Shown: in pieces, positions 43,241 to 49,949 of the stretch | Numbering within the stretch: the stretch's first letter is position 1 | Layout of the letters: the number at the start of each line of letters is the position of its first letter | Assembly (NCBI GenBank): GCA_003135575.1 | Contig: PLCG01000110.1 | Span: 1 to 49,949, forward strand | Source of the DNA: Nitrososphaerota archaeon | GTDB taxonomy: Archaea > Thermoproteota > Nitrososphaeria > Nitrososphaerales > Gagatemarchaeaceae | Length of the DNA: 49,949 nucleotides | Reading direction: 5' to 3' | Made by a program: the position numbers and the translations under genes | Notes under the pieces: model-generated | Told to the model about the DNA's origin: nothing | The model's database searches: none | What the model saw: the letters and a program-made list of their open reading frames with translations, nothing else

Positions 43241-43831
43241 TCACGGTTGGATGTTCGCGGTGCCAAAGTCATCGGCGAACTTGCGTTCTTCGACGTTCCC
43301 GCACTGCTCGCACTGCGCCCTTCCGTCCCCCCGGACCAACACGGCTCCGCAGACGCTGCACATGGCCGCGACGACCCCTAGGTGAGGCTCGTCGATGGAC
43401 AGCTGGTTCATCCCGTTCAACGTGCTGGCGACCTTCGCCCTGACGACGTCGCCCAGCTTGACCATCGTCCGACGCTCTCCCCTGCCTCCGCGCTCGGAGC
43501 GCGTGAAAATCGTACCCGGGAAGCTTGCCAGAGTCTCAACCCCATTCAGGTACCGAATCTTTACGCCGGCTGTGCTGGTCATTGCCGCCTCGACCTGGCC
43601 TAACACGGTGTCCCCCACCGTTGGGGTCCTAGCTACGGCGACCGGGCGCACCGCCACCTCCCTCTTCGAAAGGTCCTTCTCTACACGTCCGGGGAGCGAC
43701 GCCCTGACCGCGTCCCCTTGTTCGTAGGTGTTCTTGCCTGCAAGGAACTCTTCGGGGGATGCCAGGAAGTCCCCAGGGAGGGCGACCGTCGCGGGACCTT
43801 CCTTCTTCTTGATTGTTTCCGGCTTGCTCAT
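43241..43831 (-). CDS. csl4: Exosome complex RNA-binding protein Csl4
   Basis: S1-like central domain and C-terminal zinc ribbon CSVCG...CEQCG. Confidence 0.8.
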   Translation of the reverse strand: MSKPETIKKKEGPATVALPGDFLASPEEFLAGKNTYEQGDAVRASLPGRVEKDLSKREVAVRPVAVARTPTVGDTVLGQVEAAMTSTAGVKIRYLNGVETLASFPGTIFTRSERGGRGERRTMVKLGDVVRAKVASTLNGMNQLSIDEPHLGVVAAMCSVCGAVLVRGDGRAQCEQCGNVEERKFADDFGTANIQP

Positions 43832-43832
43832 C

Positions 43833-44879
43833 TCAACTCGCTACCTGTTTCCTAGGGATTTGGCCGACGGTGAGTTCAATCCACTTCGGCCTATGCAAGA
43901 AGTCCTTCATATCTCTGCCTTCGAGCAGCCCCACAAGGGCGTCTGCCTGTGGGATTGAGAGGACAGGCTTGCTGAACGTGAAGCCGTCGATGGATATGCG
44001 AGGGCACGCCGTCTGGACGAAAGCCTCGATCTGCGTATACTGAGCGAGCCTGTCGGGGGTGATGTCGCGCATCGCGAGCTGGATGACCTTCTTGCCGTTG
44101 GCCTGGAGCCTGTTGGTGATCCACTTGGAACGTCCGACCATCATCTGGCCCTCTTTCAGCCCCGTGATTACGCCGAACACCCGCGCGTCGAGCGCCTTGT
44201 AGACCCCGAGTACCGCCCTCTTCTGCCTCTCCGCCGCTTCCTCCTTCATGTCGCGCATCTCCTCGAGGTACGGGTCGAGGAGGAACGTCGGCTTCCCCGT
44301 CGCCAGCGCCACGCCGACGGCATGGAACTCGCTCTGCCCGAGGTAGCAGAACGCGTCGACCTTCTCGGCGTTGTTGAAGACGGTCGAAAAGTCGCAGCCG
44401 AACGTCTGGCTCGCGAGCAGGAGGCTGTTCTCCCGGCCGAGATACACCTCGAAGCCGGCGCCCTCTAGCTGTTTCTTCACCGGCTCGAGCTCGTCCAGGT
44501 GCTGGCTGAACGTCGCGAGCCCGATCCTCTTGTATTTCGAGAGCAACGGAATCGACTTTTGGACTACTGACTCGAACTTGATGTCGTCCTTGGCATCGAC
44601 CAGATACGTGTAGTCTCCCACGCTCTCCACGGACGCGTTGTGCCCGATGTGAAGGGCGAGGCTAGCCCCAAGCTTCTCCACCTCCTTGTCGACGGTGTCG
44701 CATATCCCAAAGCACGTGTCGCCGACTAGTACGCACTGGACGCCGTACTTCAACTCGACCACCCGCATGAGGTCCATGGTCTGTCTGAGCAGGCCGCCGG
44801 GCGCGTTCAAGATCACCCTAGACGGGTGTTTCTGCTCGATGAGATTGAAAACCCTGTCTGTGTCTATCTTTACTGTCAA
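43833..44879 (-). CDS. dph2: Diphthamide synthase Dph2 (2-(3-amino-3-carboxypropyl)histidine synthase)
   Basis: 348 aa. Three-domain Dph2-like pattern with conserved Cys residues (VGDTCFGICD, QTACPR). Confidence 0.75.
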   Translation of the reverse strand: MTVKIDTDRVFNLIEQKHPSRVILNAPGGLLRQTMDLMRVVELKYGVQCVLVGDTCFGICDTVDKEVEKLGASLALHIGHNASVESVGDYTYLVDAKDDIKFESVVQKSIPLLSKYKRIGLATFSQHLDELEPVKKQLEGAGFEVYLGRENSLLLASQTFGCDFSTVFNNAEKVDAFCYLGQSEFHAVGVALATGKPTFLLDPYLEEMRDMKEEAAERQKRAVLGVYKALDARVFGVITGLKEGQMMVGRSKWITNRLQANGKKVIQLAMRDITPDRLAQYTQIEAFVQTACPRISIDGFTFSKPVLSIPQADALVGLLEGRDMKDFLHRPKWIELTVGQIPRKQVAS

Positions 44880-45364
44880 GCAGCCGCTTCCGCTTCCATC
44901 TTCTTCTCGAGTGGCACGACCACTATCTTGGTCAACATGGGGAGCTTGCCGGACGCCGCCTTCATGGCTGCCTTTGCCTTGTCAAGGTGCTCCGCCTTTA
45001 TCGAGAGCTCGATTACCACGGTATCGATGTACACGCGAGCAGCGAGCCCGATTGGTTTCCCGAAGGCCTTGCGCATCCCCTCTTGGAGTCTGTCTGCTCC
45101 TGCCGTGGCGATCATCTTGTTCTCTCTTAAGATTATGTGTGGGTAAGTGAGGACCACGAGCCAGAAGTTCTCCTCTCCGACCAAAGTCACCTTCTTGCTT
45201 GCCGCCACCCTTGCGGCTTCTAGCGCATTATGCCTAATCTGGACCTTTCCCAAAGAGACGAGTTGAACCTTGTAATCGTAATCGTCACGGTGCTTGCCAG
45301 TGGTAAATCTGGCTATCTTTGAGTTCGGCGCGCCTGGGGCGTAGTACTTGGAAGTGTAGGCCAT
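44876..45364 (-). CDS. rpl10e: 50S ribosomal protein L10e (uL16)
   Basis: 162 aa. The N-terminus Y..GAPNSKIARFTTG is typical of L10e. Confidence 0.85.
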   Translation of the reverse strand: MAYTSKYYAPGAPNSKIARFTTGKHRDDYDYKVQLVSLGKVQIRHNALEAARVAASKKVTLVGEENFWLVVLTYPHIILRENKMIATAGADRLQEGMRKAFGKPIGLAARVYIDTVVIELSIKAEHLDKAKAAMKAASGKLPMLTKIVVVPLEKKMEAEAAA

Positions 45365-45508
45365 CGAAGAGTGTTTTCGATAGTTGCTGCCGTGGATTTT
45401 CTCCTACCTCGATTTTGTCCGGCCTAAAGCACTCCTAATTAAGTTTCGTTCCGCCTTGCTTTGAACGAGCACGAAAACACGCTCATTTTGTGTTCTTGGA
45501 CAAGACTC

Positions 45509-45516
45509 TAAGTATA
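45509..45516 (+). promoter_or_regulatory. Candidate TATA box (leaderless transcript) for the secreted-protein gene
   Basis: TAAGTATA is centred about 26 nt upstream of the ATG at 45538. Confidence 0.35.
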
Positions 45517-45537
45517 CCCACGGTTAAAACCAGTTCA

Positions 45538-46156
45538 ATGTCGCAAACGAGTGGCAGGGTTACCAAACTCCTACTTACGGCACTCGTCATCCTAACGCTG
45601 ATCTTCGCGACAACCACGATTTATGAGGCGACAATGGTCAACCCGCCGTTGTCTTCCGCCGTTGTCTTCCGCCGTTGACCAGGTGAGCGGCGACTACGCC
45701 AACCACCTTCTGCTCTTTGGCTCCAGGAATGTGAGCGCAATCGCGAGTCAGTACGAGGGAAACGCGACCGTCCAATTCAAGGGCATCGACATAGGCCTCA
45801 TAGGCAACTACACGGGTACCTCGAGCATTCGGCAGCTTCTTAGCGCCTTACTGGGACCTCTGAGCTACAATTCTAGTGGGCAAGTAAATGAGAATCCGAA
45901 AGGATATTTTTTCATAGCTAATGAAAGCCAACCCACCACACAAGTGTTGACTACGGGAAGCCGGAGCTCGGTAACGGCAGGGGTCATAAACTCGACATTC
46001 GACTTCAGGGGATGGGGCCCTACGGTTGGAAACTTCAACGGAACAGTGTCTGCTCAAACCTATTACGTGCACGGCAGTGGGAATGCTTCGTGGCTGATTT
46101 CAAAGGAAGCTTGGAACATTCTCAGGTTTTGGGCGCAGATTCAGATGACCACCTAG
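45538..46156 (+). pseudogene. Secreted, sequon-rich protein gene disrupted by a 13-nt tandem duplication (frameshift)
   Basis: ORF 45490..45678 carries the signal/TM segment LLLTALVILTLIFATTTIY. ORF 45623..46156 carries the mature domain. Both encode PPLSSAV, in different frames. Removing one 13-nt unit fuses them in frame. Confidence 0.65.
45643..45677 (+). repeat. Tandem direct repeat CCGCCGTTGTCTT x2 plus a 9-nt partial third copy
   Basis: Copies at 45643-45655 and 45656-45668 are identical. 45669-45677 repeats the first 9 nt. Confidence 0.9.
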
Positions 46157-46186
46157 CGACGAAGTTAGCGTTCGACCCGCCAACCC

Positions 46187-46193
46187 TTAATTA
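46187..46193 (+). promoter_or_regulatory. Candidate TATA box for the methyltransferase gene
   Basis: TTAATTA is centred about 28 nt upstream of the TTG at 46218. Confidence 0.3.
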
Positions 46194-46217
46194 GCGTCGA
46201 GCCTCAGAAACCGCTCT

Positions 46218-47408
46218 TTGCCGTTCCTGGTCCCGCCCGAAAGCATCGACTCGGAATCGCTCATCCTGGTCCTCGCGTTCGGGGCTCCGTCCGTGCTCGA
46301 AGCGCAGTGCGTGTTCCGAGAGCGAGCCAAAGTCTTGCCGCAGTGCGATGACATCGCCGTGGCCAACCTGAACGTGGATCGATTCAGCGGCTACACGGAG
46401 CTGGCGGGGGTGCACAAGGTCGCCCTCCCACTGCCGGCAGTCGACTCCCCCGACTTCACCGATGCCATCACGTTCCCAGACAGGAACTTCAACTTCTCCC
46501 TGAGCCTCTACTGCACTCGGGGCGACCCTGAGGTCGAATACGAGGAGCTTTCAGAAGAGCTCCTTTCGACCATACGCGGGACCGGTCTCAAGAAAGCCAA
46601 CCTGATTCGCTCGCGTTTCGGGCCTGAGATGTACTCCGAGCGGGTGTTGGCGAGGTCGGCGATAGACTTCGTTGCCTTCCCGATGGGAGCGACGTACCAA
46701 TGGGGAGTTACGGTCTTCATCCCAGTGACGGAAGGATTCAAGGAGCGGTCCACAGAGAGGCCGTACATCACCTCCGGTATCTCCCTCTCCTCTCGCCTAG
46801 CGCGCCTGCTCGTCAACATCGCGGGCGTCTCCAAAGGCCAGGTCCTGCTCGACCCGTTCTGCGGGTCTGGAACGATTCTGGGAGAGGCCCTGCTGAAAGG
46901 CGTGGACTGCATCGGGGTCGACAGGAATCATGGTAGCGTCGAGCGGACCAAGAAGAACCTTGCCTGGATTCTTTCCCATGAGAAGCGCGCGGGACAGCAT
47001 ATCCCCTCGTATTCTGTCATCGCAGCCGACGCGACCTATCTGCAAAAGGCCCTTGGCGACAAGATGGTCGACGCGATAGTCTCTGAGCCCATCCTCATGC
47101 CGAGGCTCTCCTCGCCTCCAACCCTCGAGAAGGCGCGTCGCCTCATCAAACACGCAAGCGGAATCTATTCCGACGCCTTGTACGAGATGAGCGCTGTGTT
47201 GCGTCGCGGGGGAAGGATGGTCCTCGTGACCCCGTCGCTAAGGACGATCGAGGGCAAGGACGTCGCGCTGTCATTCGACGACCTGAGCGAGGTCGGGCTG
47301 AGACCTTTCCAGCCGCCCGGCTATCCCTCCTACGAGTATCCCCTCAAGGTGGCACACCAGAGCACCAGATGGATCAGGAGAGCGATATACGTTCTCGAGA
47401 AAGCCTAG
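46218..47408 (+). CDS. SAM-dependent RNA methyltransferase (Trm11/Trm-G10, UPF0020-like)
   Basis: Motif I LLDPFCGSGTILGEA with a Rossmann-fold C-terminal half. The N-terminal half may be THUMP-like. TTG start. Confidence 0.55.
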   Translation: MPFLVPPESIDSESLILVLAFGAPSVLEAQCVFRERAKVLPQCDDIAVANLNVDRFSGYTELAGVHKVALPLPAVDSPDFTDAITFPDRNFNFSLSLYCTRGDPEVEYEELSEELLSTIRGTGLKKANLIRSRFGPEMYSERVLARSAIDFVAFPMGATYQWGVTVFIPVTEGFKERSTERPYITSGISLSSRLARLLVNIAGVSKGQVLLDPFCGSGTILGEALLKGVDCIGVDRNHGSVERTKKNLAWILSHEKRAGQHIPSYSVIAADATYLQKALGDKMVDAIVSEPILMPRLSSPPTLEKARRLIKHASGIYSDALYEMSAVLRRGGRMVLVTPSLRTIEGKDVALSFDDLSEVGLRPFQPPGYPSYEYPLKVAHQSTRWIRRAIYVLEKA

Positions 47409-48115
47409 GCCTCGGTCCGTTCGATTGCGAGTTCCGCCTTCCGCATGAGCGCGACGAGCAGCCCGAGCTCCTTGGAACTCACCTCTGATTTCAGCGCGAC
47501 CATTCGGGCGACGTGGACGATCCGCTCCGCACTATGGGGCTGCATGCCAGACGCGATTGCCAGTTGGTGCGCGTACCTTGAGAAAACCTCTCGCCTCTTC
47601 CTGGAGGCTCTCGAATCCACCGAAGGGAGCCGCGCGTTCCTCGCTTCCCAAGCTCCTGAGGTCAAGAACAGCAGTATCGCGGCCGAGTGGCTCACGTTGA
47701 GCGTCCTGTAGTCGGTGCGGGTGTCCACTGAGGTCACGAGGTCGCAAAGCGCTAGCTCCTCGTTCGTCAGGCCGGTCGTGTCCCGGCCGAAGACTATGGA
47801 CGCCGATCCTGCACTGACTATTCGCGCGACGGCCTCTTCCGGCTTGATCGCCGTCCTGCTCACGTTCGCCTCTCTCCTCGCTTTAATCGCCGTCGTCGCA
47901 AGCAGAAGGTCGTGGGTCTTCCGCACTTTCGCGAGCGTGACGACCTCGGCATGCTTGAGGATGTCAGCGCCGTGCGACGCGTAGACTGACGCCGCCCGCA
48001 CGTCGCATCTAGGGGCCACCAAGTACAGCCTTTCCAATCCGAAGTTCTTCATCAAGCGGGCTGTGTATCCGAGGTTGACTGGGTATTCAGCTCCGACCAC
48101 TGTGATGCTCAGCAT
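47405..48115 (-). CDS. SPOUT-class (SpoU/TrmH/TrmJ-like) RNA 2'-O-methyltransferase
   Basis: VNLGYTARLMKNFG and IVFGRDTTGLTNEEL motifs. I prefer the ATG at 48115 over the one at 48196, which overlaps ksgA. Confidence 0.7.
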   Translation of the reverse strand: MLSITVVGAEYPVNLGYTARLMKNFGLERLYLVAPRCDVRAASVYASHGADILKHAEVVTLAKVRKTHDLLLATTAIKARREANVSRTAIKPEEAVARIVSAGSASIVFGRDTTGLTNEELALCDLVTSVDTRTDYRTLNVSHSAAILLFLTSGAWEARNARLPSVDSRASRKRREVFSRYAHQLAIASGMQPHSAERIVHVARMVALKSEVSSKELGLLVALMRKAELAIERTEA

Positions 48116-48149
48116 CTTACCGAGTTGTTTCAAATCGGGAGTACCTGTC

Positions 48150-48977
48150 TCATCTTTGCGCGTCTCGTGCCCGCTCCGCACGAGAGAGCACTTCAACCAT
48201 CGCGATGACCGACTCTGGACGGAGCGAGTTCACCCTGCATTGGAGATACTCGTGCTGGGAGGAGATGGAAGCTGAAGGTGGCGCCGTAAGCCCAAGACTC
48301 TTGAGCGCGGCCCGCACCGTCCTCCTCTTCTGCGAGAAGATTCTCTTTATCATCGCGTTCTGTTCTCCGCTGAGGGTCCTCCTCCACTTCATTGTCACCA
48401 AGCAGGAGTTCACTCGTGGCGGGGGGTCGAACGAGCTTCTGCTCACGCCGAACACTATCTCGACCTTAGCCGAGGCCTGCGAGATCACGGACACTGCTCT
48501 GTAGGCCGGACTGCTGGGCGGCGCCGTTATCTTCGTTGCGAAGTCGCGCTGCAGCAACACGACCGCCCTGTCGTACCTCCTTCGCGAGAGCCACTCGACG
48601 AAGGCGCTCGACTCCGAATATGGAAGGCTGGAGAGAAGCACGTCGAATTCCGGAGACGACCTGAACGCGTCGTCGTTGTGGAGAACGAGCGATGTCCCCG
48701 CCAGCTCGCTACTGAGCGCCTCGTAGCTTTCCTTGTCGACCTCGTAGGCCTCCAATTCGCGGGTCAGGCCGACTAGCTCCCTTGTGAGTGCGCCCTTCCC
48801 CGTCCCTATCTCGAGGACCTTCTCGCCTGGCCTTATGGCCGCCAGCCCGATCATGGAACTCACCACCGACGGGTCGATGAGATAGTGCTGGCCAAGCGCG
48901 TGTCGTCTTGCACGGCCGTGGCGGTCACTTCTTGACGAAGATGTTAATCCTGGAGGCACCTGACAACTCTTCCGCAA
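48150..48977 (-). CDS. ksgA: 16S rRNA dimethyladenosine transferase KsgA/Dim1
   Basis: LGQHYL and LEIGTGKGALT motifs. 275 aa. Confidence 0.85.
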   Translation of the reverse strand: MRKSCQVPPGLTSSSRSDRHGRARRHALGQHYLIDPSVVSSMIGLAAIRPGEKVLEIGTGKGALTRELVGLTRELEAYEVDKESYEALSSELAGTSLVLHNDDAFRSSPEFDVLLSSLPYSESSAFVEWLSRRRYDRAVVLLQRDFATKITAPPSSPAYRAVSVISQASAKVEIVFGVSRSSFDPPPRVNSCLVTMKWRRTLSGEQNAMIKRIFSQKRRTVRAALKSLGLTAPPSASISSQHEYLQCRVNSLRPESVIAMVEVLSRAERARDAQR

Positions 48978-49482
48978 TCCGCTTGGCCACTAGCTTCGCT
49001 GGTTCGCGGAGCCCTACGCGGGCCTGAATGTCGTCGAACGAGGTGAATGGCTGTTTCTCTCTTATCTCGATGATGGTCTTCATGAACGTCTTCCCGATCC
49101 CCGGGATTAGCTCCAGGCCGTGGAGGCGAGGGGTCAGGGGCTGCAGCTCGTTGAAGTAAGCGACATACTTGGCTTCGTTGTTCTTGACGATGATCTCGCA
49201 GACGCTCAAGAGCTGCGCCTTCGCCTCCGCGGTCAGGTCCTCGTAGGCGAGCTTCCCGAACACGCTGAGGATCTTCGCGCGTCCCTCTCTTCCGATTCGG
49301 AGCTTCTCCCCAGTCTCAAAGTCTTGGTTCTCGACCGCGAGCAGCTCGAGGAGGGTGAGCCGTTCTTCCCCCAAAGCCTGGACGATCGGGCCTTCCCTCC
49401 CCTTGATTATCGAGGACTTGCCCCTTGGGATGAAATCCAACATGTAAGCGAATTCCTCATACCTCTTCTCAGCAGGAAGCAT
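48925..49482 (-). CDS. DUF655-family archaeal protein (OB plus helix-hairpin-helix)
   Basis: 185 aa. N-terminus EEFAYMLDFIPRG and C-terminal LELIPGIGKTFMKTIIE (HhH). It sits in the conserved position between rpoF and ksgA. Confidence 0.65.
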   Translation of the reverse strand: MLPAEKRYEEFAYMLDFIPRGKSSIIKGREGPIVQALGEERLTLLELLAVENQDFETGEKLRIGREGRAKILSVFGKLAYEDLTAEAKAQLLSVCEIIVKNNEAKYVAYFNELQPLTPRLHGLELIPGIGKTFMKTIIEIREKQPFTSFDDIQARVGLREPAKLVAKRIAEELSGASRINIFVKK

Positions 49483-49607
49483 TTTCCGCTATGGCTCCTC
49501 TTCGGCTCATTCTTGGAGTATGACGGTAAAAAGCGCGTAACAAGAATCAGAGCTAAGGGACATTTGCCTGCTTCGAATCTCGAGAGCCAAATGGCTCCCC
49601 TTGCTAT

Positions 49608-49946
49608 TTAATCTTTGGACTTTAGTATCTTCAGTATCTTCTCAAGGGTTTCCGTCGGCAAGAGCTTTCTCCAGCCTGCGGTGAACGTCCTAAGCTCCTC
49701 GATCGACTTCGGCATGATGTTGACGACCTCGGTCGCCTCCCCCTCGCTCAGCCCGCACTCGGTCTCTAGCTGCTTCTTCAGCTTCCTTGCGATCTCGGGC
49801 GTGGCCTTTGCGAACTTGGAGGTGTAGTCCAACGTCCTCTTCTGGATCTGGTCTGCCTTTTCCACGTCGAGCTTCTCGAGTATCTGGTGTGCCTCGCTGA
49901 GCGTGAGCATCTTCTTAGTGGAAGCCGGTGCCTCTTCTGCGGACAA
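49608..49946 (-). CDS. rpoF: DNA-directed RNA polymerase subunit F (Rpo4); start at or beyond the window edge
   Basis: About 110 aa. The pattern LTLSEAHQILEKL...LDYTSKFAK......KLKKQL...GLSEGEATEVVNIMPKSIEELR is typical of RpoF/Rpb4. Confidence 0.75.
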   Translation of the reverse strand: MSAEEAPASTKKMLTLSEAHQILEKLDVEKADQIQKRTLDYTSKFAKATPEIARKLKKQLETECGLSEGEATEVVNIMPKSIEELRTFTAGWRKLLPTETLEKILKILKSKD

Positions 49947-49949
49947 GCC

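Noticed and set aside
1-49949. Search for CRISPR arrays, cas genes, toxin-antitoxin pairs, restriction-modification or other defence islands, transposases/IS elements and integrases.
   Set aside because: No regularly spaced direct repeats and no recognisable cas, transposase or integrase motifs were found by eye. The only mobile-type gene is the LAGLIDADG endonuclease.

Overview
This is an archaeal chromosomal segment, GC in the high 50s % by eye, with lower-GC islands. It is densely packed and mostly housekeeping. The dominant theme is a replication and dNTP island. It holds PolD small subunit, Orc1/Cdc6, a predicted oriC (four ORB elements plus an AT-rich stretch), PolD large subunit, ThyX, GlyA, Tmk, an HD dNTPase-like protein, XPD, a type IA topoisomerase, PCNA, PriS and a GINS-like protein. 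It also carries conserved archaeal information-processing clusters: L44e-S27e-aIF2alpha-Nop10, RpoL-TFS, Csl4-Dph2-L10e and RpoF-DUF655-KsgA-SPOUT. Other content includes two ABC-2 exporter pairs with a PadR regulator, GcvT/GcvH, CofE, AglB, GGGP synthase, an Elf1 homologue and two tRNAs. PolD plus Elf1 plus a multi-intron tRNA suggests a non-crenarchaeal TACK-like lineage, but this is inference only. I found no CRISPR array, no recognisable defence system and no obvious novel multi-gene system. The points most worth a second look are listed here. (1) The predicted origin and a second repeat family (TGTGAAS) beside it. (2) A tRNA-Ser(CGA) split by three introns, two at non-canonical positions. 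(3) A TFS gene whose intact N-terminal zinc ribbon has no canonical start codon; a CTG overlaps the rpoL stop as CTGA. (4) A low-GC free-standing double-motif LAGLIDADG endonuclease gene between pcna and priS. (5) A 13-nt tandem duplication that frameshifts a secreted, sequon-rich protein gene. (6) A low-GC cluster of three small (w)HTH genes with perfect palindromes next to the origin. (7) An uncharacterised RNase-H-fold / Walker-A-less RecA-like divergent pair abutting xpd. All family calls come from motif recognition by eye, and no database search was run.
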